NCBI GenBank assembly: GCA_963703265.1
Contig: OY969806.1
Location: 722,407-786,406, forward strand
From: an uncultured bacterium
Lineage (GTDB): Bacteria > Babelota > Babeliae > Babelales > Vermiphilaceae
Length of the DNA: 64,000 nt
Direction: 5' to 3'
Of the stretch, positions 28,427-37,486 are shown piece by piece (the stretch's first letter is position 1; every line of letters begins with the position of its first letter). A program made the position numbers and the translations under genes. The notes beneath the pieces are model-generated. The model made no database searches, was not told the DNA's origin, and was given only the letters and a program-made list of their open reading frames with translations.

Positions 28427-29497
28427 ATGAATATGACAGATCTGGCGATCCTGCAAAAAAGATATGACGATCTTACGGCTGAGCTTGCTTCTACTGTTGA
28501 TAATCCTAAAAGGATAGTATTACAAAAGGAACTAGCTCGTCTTTTGCGTATTATTGAGGTGCAAAAAGAGCTGGTAGCTCTTGATACAACAATTGTGGAT
28601 ACGAAAAATCAGTTAAAGCAGTCAGTTGAAGATAGCGAAATGACAGATTTGTTTAAGCTTGAATTACATGATTTGGAATTAAAAAAGTTAGAAAAAGAGC
28701 GTATGCTCGAAGATCTTATGATCCCATCGGATGAACACGACGAGCGTTCGGTGTTTATTGAGATACGTGCGGGAGCTGGAGGACAGGAGGCCGCGTTATT
28801 TGCCGCAGATCTTTTGCGTATGTATACTAACTATGCGCTAAAAAAAGGATGGCGAGCGACGGTGGTTGATGAAAGTTTTACTGATATTGGTGGTATTCGT
28901 GATGTTACATTGCACGTTGAGGGTGCTGGCGTTTATGGGTATTTAAAATTTGAGGCAGGGGTTCACCGTGTGCAACGAGTGCCAAAGACTGAAACTGCTG
29001 GTCGTGTTCATACTTCAACAGCAACAGTTGCAGTATTACCGGAAGCGCAAGAAGTTGATGTAAGTATTAACCCTGCAGATTTACGTATTGACGTGTTTCG
29101 TGCAAGCGGTGCAGGTGGTCAGCATGTTAATACTACTGATTCTGCTGTTCGTATTACTCATATTCCTTCGGGAGTTGTGGTTTCATGTCAAGATGAGCGT
29201 TCTCAGCACAAAAATAAAGCTAAGGCATTAAAGGTGTTGCAATCACGGTTATTGGTATTTGAAAAAGAACGGCATGCAGCAGAAATAGGTAAACAGCGGA
29301 AAGAAATGGTTGGAAGAGGTATGCGAGCAGAAAAAGCGCGTACCTATAATTTTCCTCAAAATCGCGTAACGGATCATAATGCTGATATAACGCTTAAAAA
29401 GCTTGATTATGTTATGGAAGGTGATCTTGATGAAATCATAGAGGCTTTGCGTTCTATTGATAGAGAAGAGCGACGTAAGCACGCGTTAGAGATGTAA
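28427..29497 (+). CDS. prfA: Peptide chain release factor 1
   Basis: GGQ motif (SGAGGQHVNTTDSAVRITH). PxT-type tripeptide region VPKTETAGRVHTS. No SPF motif. Confidence 0.95.
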   Translation: MNMTDLAILQKRYDDLTAELASTVDNPKRIVLQKELARLLRIIEVQKELVALDTTIVDTKNQLKQSVEDSEMTDLFKLELHDLELKKLEKERMLEDLMIPSDEHDERSVFIEIRAGAGGQEAALFAADLLRMYTNYALKKGWRATVVDESFTDIGGIRDVTLHVEGAGVYGYLKFEAGVHRVQRVPKTETAGRVHTSTATVAVLPEAQEVDVSINPADLRIDVFRASGAGGQHVNTTDSAVRITHIPSGVVVSCQDERSQHKNKAKALKVLQSRLLVFEKERHAAEIGKQRKEMVGRGMRAEKARTYNFPQNRVTDHNADITLKKLDYVMEGDLDEIIEALRSIDREERRKHALEM

Positions 29498-29598
29498 GTA
29501 TAAAAAAGTTTGAGTAGTATATTTTTTTGAGGTTGTATAATATTTATAATGTTTTGTAGTGTACTATATTTTAATTTTTTTATAAGAGGATATATCCT

Positions 29599-30195
29599 AT
29601 GATGAATTTTAATGTACGTTGTAAATCAATTGCATTGGTTACGATGATTACGATTTCTAATTGTTTTGTTTTGGTGGGGACTCAAACTGTTGTAGATAAG
29701 TCTAAGCAAGAAGTTGCAAAAGTATTGCCATCTGTTGCCCGTTGTATCCCTGGTAGCAGGGCTGCAGTAATTGTTACCGCGATAACAGTAATAGCAATGT
29801 GGATACGTTTAAACACAAAAGGATCATCGTTTAATTATAAGTTAAAAGATTGGCGTTCAGATTTTGACTTGTTCTTGAAATCGTTTAATATTTTTGATGC
29901 TGAATCACGAGCAACTTTATTGATGCTTTTTGATAAATGGATTATTGGAAGACAATTATCTATTATTGACGTGAGTTATGAAAGTGAAGATGATAATGGA
30001 ACAGTTACTATACTAAAAGATAAAAAACTTAAAGCAAAGCCGTTTGGTTTGATGGGTTTCATTGATGCGTACGCTCTTATTCAATTCAAAAAAATCAATG
30101 AGTTTGCAAAAGAAATAAATGGTGTAATAACATTGATAAATAATCCAATGGCAGCTCTTACTAAAGACGCTAAAGGCGCTAAAGACTCTCAATAG
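29599..30195 (+). CDS. Membrane/secreted hypothetical protein
   Basis: 198-aa ORF with two N-terminal hydrophobic segments. Confidence 0.55.
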   Translation: MMNFNVRCKSIALVTMITISNCFVLVGTQTVVDKSKQEVAKVLPSVARCIPGSRAAVIVTAITVIAMWIRLNTKGSSFNYKLKDWRSDFDLFLKSFNIFDAESRATLLMLFDKWIIGRQLSIIDVSYESEDDNGTVTILKDKKLKAKPFGLMGFIDAYALIQFKKINEFAKEINGVITLINNPMAALTKDAKGAKDSQ

Positions 30196-30217
30196 TTTTT
30201 TTAATTATACAAAAAAA

Positions 30218-30254
30218 AGACAGACTAGCTGTATGCTAATCTGTCTTTTTTTTT
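30218..30254 (+). terminator. Bidirectional-looking rho-independent terminator
   Basis: AGACAGACTAGC-tgtat-GCTAATCTGTCT stem, flanked by an A8 run and a T8 run. Confidence 0.7.
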
Positions 30255-30349
30255 GTATATGGATGTTTTTTTGCAAGCTTGAAAAAGTTGATTGTATTCT
30301 TTTACGATAAGGCTATTGGTTTTTCAATAACATTATCGTAGGAGTTAAT

Positions 30350-31552
30350 ATGAAAAAATTTTATTTACAAACTTTTTTGGTAATGAATGCACTATTTTTT
30401 ATTTTTAACGCTGGTGCTATTGTAAAAAAACCATGGACTTTTTTGGTTTATCTTGCCGCAGCAAATGATTTAAATAAATTTGCATTATTAGATTTACAAG
30501 AAATGATGCAAGTGGGATCGAGCTCTATTATTAATGTTCTTGTTTATTTAACAATACATGAAGAAGGTGAATCAAAACAGACAAAAAAATTATATATTAA
30601 TAAAGGTTCTATGACTCAAATTGGTGATACAATGATTCGTGATAGTGGTCATATGACGACGTTAGTAGAAGCATTGCAGTGGGCACATGTCGATTTTCCT
30701 TCAGATAATATAGCCGTTGTTTTATGGGATCATGGTTCTGGGCCATTAAATAGATCTGAAAAAGCATTGTTTTCTAAGGGCGTTTGTTATGATTTTGACA
30801 CCGGTAATTATCTAACAGATCGTGATTGTTTGCAGGCATTTACCTGGATTAAGGATAATTTACGTGGTGGTAAAAATTTTAATATTATTGCATTTGATGC
30901 GTGTTTATTAGCTTCTATTGAAATGGCATATACGCTTTCTTGGTGTGCTGATTATATGGTTGCTTCACAAGAAATAATTCCTAGTGATGGGTATCAATAT
31001 GCATATATATTAAACCAATGTGTAATCAAATCGCTTGATCCTCTTTCTTTTGCTAAGTTGATGGTTAGAGCCTACAATCAAGAATATCTTGGTAATAGTA
31101 ATTATACATTATCAGCTGTTGATTTGAATGCAAGTAAATTACTTGTTGAGAATTGTAATGCAGTGGCACAGATACTAACATCTCAGTTAAAAGGAAAAAA
31201 CAGTGTGATTGTTAAATCTACGCTAAAAAAATGTATTAATGCTGTTAATTGTCCTTCCTTTGATAAAGGTATTTATGTTGATATGTATCAATTTTATAAA
31301 AATCTTTTAAAAAATATTGATGGATTAAAATTATCAGCATCAATAGTAGCCCAGTTTCAGCAACTGTTGAACAATGGTATTAAAATGTTTATAACGGTTG
31401 TTCAAGCAAATGTTACCAGTAAGAATTATAAATTAGCCGGAGGTCTTTCTATTTATTTGCCTCGGTATACTATTGATCCATCATATTATGGGTTATATTG
31501 GACAGAAAAGAATCCAAATTGGTTAAATTTTTTGGAAGCATATATAGTATAG
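30350..31552 (+). CDS. Secreted clostripain-family (C11) cysteine peptidase
   Basis: Signal peptide. WTFLVYLAAANDL. His-Gly dyad context VLWDHGSG. Cys context IIAFDACLLAS. Confidence 0.7.
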   Translation: MKKFYLQTFLVMNALFFIFNAGAIVKKPWTFLVYLAAANDLNKFALLDLQEMMQVGSSSIINVLVYLTIHEEGESKQTKKLYINKGSMTQIGDTMIRDSGHMTTLVEALQWAHVDFPSDNIAVVLWDHGSGPLNRSEKALFSKGVCYDFDTGNYLTDRDCLQAFTWIKDNLRGGKNFNIIAFDACLLASIEMAYTLSWCADYMVASQEIIPSDGYQYAYILNQCVIKSLDPLSFAKLMVRAYNQEYLGNSNYTLSAVDLNASKLLVENCNAVAQILTSQLKGKNSVIVKSTLKKCINAVNCPSFDKGIYVDMYQFYKNLLKNIDGLKLSASIVAQFQQLLNNGIKMFITVVQANVTSKNYKLAGGLSIYLPRYTIDPSYYGLYWTEKNPNWLNFLEAYIV

Positions 31553-31647
31553 CAGTAAGCGCATGTTTCGATATAATTGTTTATTGAACGTGCGTTTATT
31601 TTATAACTAGATTTTTCAGAGCATAACATTGAAAAGGATATTGTGGT

Positions 31648-34041
31648 ATGAATCATGCTTGTCATTATATTAAATTTTTTGAGGATATTCGTCTTTCTGA
31701 TATAAAAGTAGTTGGAGGCAAAAATGCTTCGCTGGGAGAGATGGTAACGCAGTTGGGTGCGTGTGGAATTAGGGTGCCTGACGGGTTTGCGGTAACGGCT
31801 GATGCATATTGGTATTATATAAAAGAAAATAAGTTACTTGAGCCGATGCAGCAGGTGATAAATACATTGAAGGATATAAATGATGTTGAGTTATTGCAAT
31901 CTGTTGGCTTAAAAATACGTAATCTTATTTTAAATGGTACAATGCCGGATGATTTGGCACAAGAAATTATTGATGCATACCATGATCTTTCACAACGTTA
32001 TCATTGTGTTAATTGTGATGTTGCTGTTCGTTCTTCTGCTACGGCAGAGGATTTGCCAACGGCATCATTTGCGGGACAACAAGATACTTTTTTAAATATT
32101 GTTGGTGATGAGCAATTGTTATTAGCATGTAAAAAAAGTATGGCTTCATTATTTAATGATCGAGCAATTATATATCGTATTAATCAAGGATTTGATCATT
32201 GGAAAGTTGCCCTTTCTATTGGCGTGCAAAAAATGATTCGCTCTGACTGTGCTTGCTCGGGTGTTGCATTTTCATTAGATACAGAAAGTGGCTTTAAAGA
32301 TGTCGTGATGATTGAGGCGTCATATGGTCTTGGTGAGTCAGTTGTTCAAGGTCTTGTTACGCCTGATGAATATATGGTGCATAAGCCAACATTGTTGCAA
32401 GGGTACACGCCAATTATAAAAAAATATTGTGGAGATAAAAAAACAAAAATTGTGTATAAAGCGCATGCTGAAATGGCCGTTGAAACGGTGGACGTTTCTA
32501 TTGATGAACAGCATTCTTTTGCATTGTCTGATGAAGAAATTATTGAGTTGGCGCACTATGTTATGACCATTGAAAGTTATTATTCACAATTACATGGCAG
32601 TTGGTCTCCTATGGATATTGAATGGGCAAAGGATGGTATTGATAAAAAATTATACATTGTACAAGCTCGTCCCGAAACTGTTTACGCAGGGAAAAAAACA
32701 TTAACAGTGCAACAGTATCATTTATCTGGTGATGCAAAAAAAGAACTCATCGTTGCCGGATTAAGTGTAGGTCGTAAAATTGTCTCTGGTATTGCGCGAG
32801 TTGTTACGGGCGCGCATGATATTGCCCAAATACATGATGGCGATATCATCGTAACATCAATGACTGATCCTGATTGGGTACCTGTCATGCGACGTGCAGC
32901 CGGAATTGTAACTGATCGCGGTGGACGCACATGTCATGCCGCAATTGTTAGTAGAGAATTAGGTATTGCGGCAATTGTTGGTACAAAAAATGGAACAGAA
33001 AAAATAAAGGATGGTTCTGTTGTTACGCTTGATTGTTCCGAGGGTGCAGTAGGGTCAGTGTATGCAGGAAAAATTTCTTGTACCATTGATGAGATTGCGC
33101 TTGATACTGTTATGAGTACGCCTTCAGTTGAGGTGATGGTTAATTGTGCCGATCCTGATGGGGCATTTCAAATATCACAACTTCCTGTTGCGGGCGTAGG
33201 CCTTGCACGACTTGAATTTATTATAACTAATTTTATTAAAATTCATCCTATGGCGCTGGTGCATCCGGAAAAAATTGAAGATAAAAAGATAAGTGGTGAA
33301 ATAGATTCTATTGCTGCTGCATATAAAACTAAGCAAGATTTTTTTATTCAGACTTTGTCTCAAGGTATTGGTATGATTGCAGCAGGTTTTTATCCTCGAC
33401 CAGTGACGGTGCGGTTGTCCGATTTTAAAAGTAATGAATATCGCAATTTAATTGGTGGTACTTATTTTGAACCTATAGAAGAAAATCCAATGATCGGTTT
33501 TCGTGGTGCATCGCGTTATTATAATGAGCATTATAAAGAAGCATTTGCATTAGAATGTGCAGCATTGTATCGCGTGAGAACTCTTATGGGTTTAAAAAAT
33601 GTAAAAATTATGATTCCTTTTGTACGCACGGTGTCTGAAGCTCAATTAGTTATTGCCCAAATGGAAACTTATGGCTTGGTGCGTGGTAATGATGGGCTTG
33701 AATTAATTATGATGTGTGAAATTCCGTCAAATGCATTACTGATTGATGAATTTAGTGCGCTATTTGATGGATTTTCAATTGGATCAAATGATTTAACACA
33801 GTTAGTTCTTGGTGTTGATCGTGATTCAACTCTGATTGCATCGTTGTTTGATGAACGAGACGAGGCAGTAAAAAAAATGATGGCGATGGCAATAGAGGGA
33901 GCGCATCGCAACAATCGATATATAGGAATTTGTGGTCAAGCGCCATCTGATTATCCTGAGATTGCAGATTTTTTGATTTCATGTGGGATTAATTCATTGT
34001 CATTAAATGCAGATTCAGTATTATCTTTTTTAAAAAGATAA
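31648..34041 (+). CDS. ppsA: Phosphoenolpyruvate synthase
   Basis: ATP-grasp N-terminus (GGKNASLGEM), phosphohistidine swivel GGRTCHAAIVSRELG, C-terminal PEP-utilising TIM barrel with GSNDLTQ. Confidence 0.95.
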   Translation: MNHACHYIKFFEDIRLSDIKVVGGKNASLGEMVTQLGACGIRVPDGFAVTADAYWYYIKENKLLEPMQQVINTLKDINDVELLQSVGLKIRNLILNGTMPDDLAQEIIDAYHDLSQRYHCVNCDVAVRSSATAEDLPTASFAGQQDTFLNIVGDEQLLLACKKSMASLFNDRAIIYRINQGFDHWKVALSIGVQKMIRSDCACSGVAFSLDTESGFKDVVMIEASYGLGESVVQGLVTPDEYMVHKPTLLQGYTPIIKKYCGDKKTKIVYKAHAEMAVETVDVSIDEQHSFALSDEEIIELAHYVMTIESYYSQLHGSWSPMDIEWAKDGIDKKLYIVQARPETVYAGKKTLTVQQYHLSGDAKKELIVAGLSVGRKIVSGIARVVTGAHDIAQIHDGDIIVTSMTDPDWVPVMRRAAGIVTDRGGRTCHAAIVSRELGIAAIVGTKNGTEKIKDGSVVTLDCSEGAVGSVYAGKISCTIDEIALDTVMSTPSVEVMVNCADPDGAFQISQLPVAGVGLARLEFIITNFIKIHPMALVHPEKIEDKKISGEIDSIAAAYKTKQDFFIQTLSQGIGMIAAGFYPRPVTVRLSDFKSNEYRNLIGGTYFEPIEENPMIGFRGASRYYNEHYKEAFALECAALYRVRTLMGLKNVKIMIPFVRTVSEAQLVIAQMETYGLVRGNDGLELIMMCEIPSNALLIDEFSALFDGFSIGSNDLTQLVLGVDRDSTLIASLFDERDEAVKKMMAMAIEGAHRNNRYIGICGQAPSDYPEIADFLISCGINSLSLNADSVLSFLKR

Positions 34042-34086
34042 AATTATGTTGTTTGATATGTTTACTGAAAGTGTAAGTTTTAATTA

Positions 34087-34392
34087 TTAATTTTTATTTT
34101 TGATATATTTTTGTACAAGATTGCTGACAGCCTCTTTCATTGTTTGTGGTTCATTTGTTTTGTTACATTGTACTATTTTTTTTATACTGTGTGTTACGAC
34201 AGTCAATGGATGTGCGTCTTGTAGATGACCACATTCAACACATTTTCTCCCTTTGATGTAGGTACAGGAACAATCGCATTCAACAGAATGCCATCCTACG
34301 TATTCTATGCCTTTATATTCACTGAGACAGTTAAGACTTGCAAAAAGAGGAGAATGTAAAAAAGCAATTGTTAATAATATTATTCTGCGCAT
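34087..34392 (-). CDS. Small secreted Cys-rich protein
   Basis: Signal MRRIILLTIAFLHSPLFA, then 8 Cys including CxCxC and CxxC spacing. Confidence 0.55.
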   Translation of the reverse strand: MRRIILLTIAFLHSPLFASLNCLSEYKGIEYVGWHSVECDCSCTYIKGRKCVECGHLQDAHPLTVVTHSIKKIVQCNKTNEPQTMKEAVSNLVQKYIKNKN

Positions 34393-34547
34393 GATTTTTC
34401 CTTTTCTTCTTTACATTGTTCTTTTTCTTCATATTGTTCAAAAAAAGGTCGAGCATCATCAGGAGAAAATTCATAAGGACATGCTGATGCGATGGTGATA
34501 ATTGCTATGTTTAGTATAGCTATAAGTAGTAGAAGGTATTTTTTCAT
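34380..34547 (-). CDS. Unlisted 55-aa lipoprotein-like ORF, translationally coupled to 34087..34392
   Basis: Read from the minus strand: MKKYLLLLIAILNIAIITIASAC PYEFSPDDARPFFEQYEEKEQCKEEKEKSCAE*. Its last codons overlap the downstream ATG by 13 nt. It falls below the 60-aa cut-off of the ORF track. Confidence 0.4.
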   Translation of the reverse strand: MKKYLLLLIAILNIAIITIASACPYEFSPDDARPFFEQYEEKEQCKEEKEKSCAE

Positions 34548-34695
34548 AATAGTATTCCAATTATATTAAGCGTATTAAATTACTGCTTTTATAATTGTAT
34601 GATACTATTATTAAAATTCAAATTGCAATAATAATCATCGTATGGTTAAAAAATATTGAAGGCGACGAGAATAAATACCTTATTTAGTTAAAAAG

Positions 34696-35598
34696 TTATT
34701 GAATATATGTTAACCAATGATCAAATTGTTTACTATTTCCAGAGATAATAGAAGAAAAAATGGTATTTATTTTTTGAGTAATAGGGCCTATGCTTCCTGT
34801 TCCAATTGTTTGATTATCAATACATTTTATAGGGATGATTTCAACTGCAGTGCCGGTAAAAAAGGCTTCATCTGATTGATAAATATCTTCAAGTTTTAAT
34901 GTACATTCTTTTGTTGTTATTGATAAATAACGAGCGATTTCTAATATTTTTGCTCGCGTAATGCCTGGTAATATTGAGCCTAGTTGGGGAGTTTTGAGAA
35001 TATTGTTTTTTATCAAAAAAATATTAGCAGCGGCGCCTTCGGCAAGATTATTATTATAATCAAGAAGTAATGCTTCATCGTAACCTGATTTTTTTGCATC
35101 CATATGGGCTAAAATTGAGTTTACATAATGACCATTTATTTTTTTATCAACAAATGTTGATTGAGGATGGGGTCTTATAAAGGGTGAGGTTTTAATTGAA
35201 ATTGCATTGGTGCCAAAATGTTTTTCCCATGGCCACATGCTAATGGCAACATGTACGGGAGCATGTGTTATATCAAGACTCATGACACCGCAACCAAGAT
35301 AAATTATTGGTCTTATGTAGGCAGCTTTGAGATTGTTTTTTTTAATAAGATTAATAATTGCTTCTTTTATCTGTTTTTTGTTAAAAGGTATTGGTTTTTC
35401 AAAAACTGAAAATGAGTCAAAAAGACGATCGATATGTTCATTAAGACATAATAGGGCAGGCCCATTAATAGTGTTATATAGTCGTATACCTTCAAATACT
35501 CCAGCGCCGTAATGAAGAGTATATGTTTGTATATGAACGTGAGCATCTTGCCATGCTAAATAATTGCCATCAATCCAAATAAATTGTGTAGGATTCAT
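34696..35598 (-). CDS. ilvE: Branched-chain amino acid aminotransferase (fold type IV)
   Basis: HYGAGVFEGIRLY, the EGAAANIF region, and typical 300-aa length. Confidence 0.85.
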   Translation of the reverse strand: MNPTQFIWIDGNYLAWQDAHVHIQTYTLHYGAGVFEGIRLYNTINGPALLCLNEHIDRLFDSFSVFEKPIPFNKKQIKEAIINLIKKNNLKAAYIRPIIYLGCGVMSLDITHAPVHVAISMWPWEKHFGTNAISIKTSPFIRPHPQSTFVDKKINGHYVNSILAHMDAKKSGYDEALLLDYNNNLAEGAAANIFLIKNNILKTPQLGSILPGITRAKILEIARYLSITTKECTLKLEDIYQSDEAFFTGTAVEIIPIKCIDNQTIGTGSIGPITQKINTIFSSIISGNSKQFDHWLTYIQ

Positions 35599-35889
35599 AG
35601 AGGTCTCAATATAATTATGATTATTGGTTAATGTTTTTAAAAAATTTGTATTTTTTCAGTATAATCTATAAAATAATTAACAGAAAGAGATAATATAAAA
35701 TTAATAGTTAAAAGAGATTATGGAATATAATACTATGTTTACTTGCGAAAATTCTTCTTTGATGGTATATTTTCAAATTTCTGTAGTGCGTCTGTTATCT
35801 ATGTTTTCCTATTATTATGGTAATTATTCTTAACCGTGAGGATTGTAATATTATCATAAAATAAAATAATAAAAAAAATGAAATTCAGT

Positions 35890-35919
35890 CCTCGGCGCAA
35901 ACAGCCGGGGATTTTTTTT
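35890..35919 (+). terminator. Terminator-like hairpin inside the 5' leader of the ABC substrate-binding protein gene
   Basis: CCTCGGC-gcaaaca-GCCGGGG followed by a T8 run, 44 nt upstream of the ATG at 35963. An ATGAAATTC... mini-ORF runs through it. Confidence 0.4.
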
Positions 35920-35962
35920 AGGTTTGGCATACGTGCATTCATAATATAATAAAGGAAATTTT

Positions 35963-36940
35963 ATGGGACTTAAGCGGAACAATATGATCATGTGGGTAAT
36001 GATATTTGGCCTAGGCATTGGTGTTATTGCATTATATAAAACGGTAGTAGTACACAAAAAAGGCCAACTATTCACTATTGGGATTTTGCAAACAGCATCG
36101 CATCCAGCGCTGGATGCAGCACGAGAAGGTTTTATAGCAGCAATAAAAAATGGTGCGGGGAATAAAATTGATTATGTGGTGCGTAATGGCCAAGGAAATA
36201 TTAGTAGCATACATACCATTGCGCAGCAATTTCATGCAAAACAGGATATTGATGCGATATTTGCAATAGCTACTCCGGCGGCACAAGCAGCAGTGGCAGT
36301 AGAAAAAGAAAAACCAATTATTATTGCAGCAGTAAGTTTATCGCCACAATTGGGAGATATATTTTCTGCGCCTAATATATGTGGTACCAGTGATATGATT
36401 GATGTGCGCAGAGAAGTTGAGGCTGTGCGTGCATTATTGCCAGAAACAATTAAAACAATAGGAATTTTGTATAGTACTGCTGAGGTAAATTCGATGATAA
36501 TGTCGCAAAAAATGGTTGAAGAATTAGAGCGAGTAGGATATACGCCAGTGTTAGTAGGAGTAACATCTGAAGCGGATATAGAACCGGCAATTTTAAGCGC
36601 TGCGCGCAAAGTTGATGCATTTTTAGCACCAACTGATAATATGGTAGCAAATACAATTACGTTGATTGTTGATTTAGTAAATAAAGTAAATAAGCCATTA
36701 ATTGTAAGTGATAATATGTTAGTTCACCATGGTGCATTGATGGCACGAGGTGTTGATTATTATGAAAGTGGTAAACAAGCAGGAGAAATTTTGTTACAAT
36801 TGATAGTGCATAATAAAAAACCACAGGATCTGCCAATTGTTCAGGCGAGTAATAAAGAGATTTTTGTAAACAAAAAAGTGTTAGATAGCTTTGGTTTTGT
36901 TATTTCTGATTCTATTGCGCATGAAGTGATATTAGTTTGA
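35963..36940 (+). CDS. ABC transporter substrate-binding protein (PF04392/DUF534-like)
   Basis: N-terminal anchor, IGILQTASHPALDAAREGF signature, periplasmic-binding fold length. Confidence 0.7.
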   Translation: MGLKRNNMIMWVMIFGLGIGVIALYKTVVVHKKGQLFTIGILQTASHPALDAAREGFIAAIKNGAGNKIDYVVRNGQGNISSIHTIAQQFHAKQDIDAIFAIATPAAQAAVAVEKEKPIIIAAVSLSPQLGDIFSAPNICGTSDMIDVRREVEAVRALLPETIKTIGILYSTAEVNSMIMSQKMVEELERVGYTPVLVGVTSEADIEPAILSAARKVDAFLAPTDNMVANTITLIVDLVNKVNKPLIVSDNMLVHHGALMARGVDYYESGKQAGEILLQLIVHNKKPQDLPIVQASNKEIFVNKKVLDSFGFVISDSIAHEVILV

Positions 36941-36986
36941 TAAAAATTATTAGAGATTGCAGTATACTTAAAAAGAAAGATTGATT

Positions 36987-37424
36987 ATGGATGATCATTA
37001 TAATGTGATTAATGAAATTATTGATAGAGCTGAAAAAGAAAAATTGCCGTATCCGAAGTTATTTCAAGCTCTTATGGATGCGGGTGTAACATCATATGAG
37101 GTTCAGGTTGATAATTATCATGCTCAGTATTATGGTAGTTTTGGTACGTGGGTAAAGCCGGTTCCTAAAGATTTTGTCTCTTCAATTGTCAATCCTCATT
37201 GTGATAAAAATCTTTTTTTGCAGGCTCTTGAACGACGCATAAAAAAAGAGACAACGTATGTGGAATATTTAGCAGAAATTGCTGCGGCTGGAATTGCGTT
37301 TTATCGTGTTGATATGGCTACAAGAACGGCCACGTATTTTGCAGCAGATTCATCGATATGTCATGTTCAAAATATTCCAAAGATGTCGTCAGTTATGAAT
37401 AAAATGTGGTTGTTTTTTTTATAG
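36987..37424 (+). CDS. DUF1398 family protein
   Basis: YPKLFQALMDAGVTSYEVQV...YYG and AAGIAFYRVDMATRTATYF match the two-half DUF1398 pattern as I remember it. Confidence 0.55.
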   Translation: MDDHYNVINEIIDRAEKEKLPYPKLFQALMDAGVTSYEVQVDNYHAQYYGSFGTWVKPVPKDFVSSIVNPHCDKNLFLQALERRIKKETTYVEYLAEIAAAGIAFYRVDMATRTATYFAADSSICHVQNIPKMSSVMNKMWLFFL

Positions 37425-37486
37425 ACATAAGAAAAGATAACAGGTATCTATTTTTTATGAATAATTATTGATGCAAGGTAAATATT

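Noticed and set aside
36232-36609. 125-aa and other antisense ORFs inside the ABC substrate-binding protein gene. Similar antisense ORFs occur inside secD, ppsA, gatA, hemW and the 1567-aa gene.
   Set aside because: They are nested inside longer ORFs that carry clear family motifs, and they have no motifs of their own.
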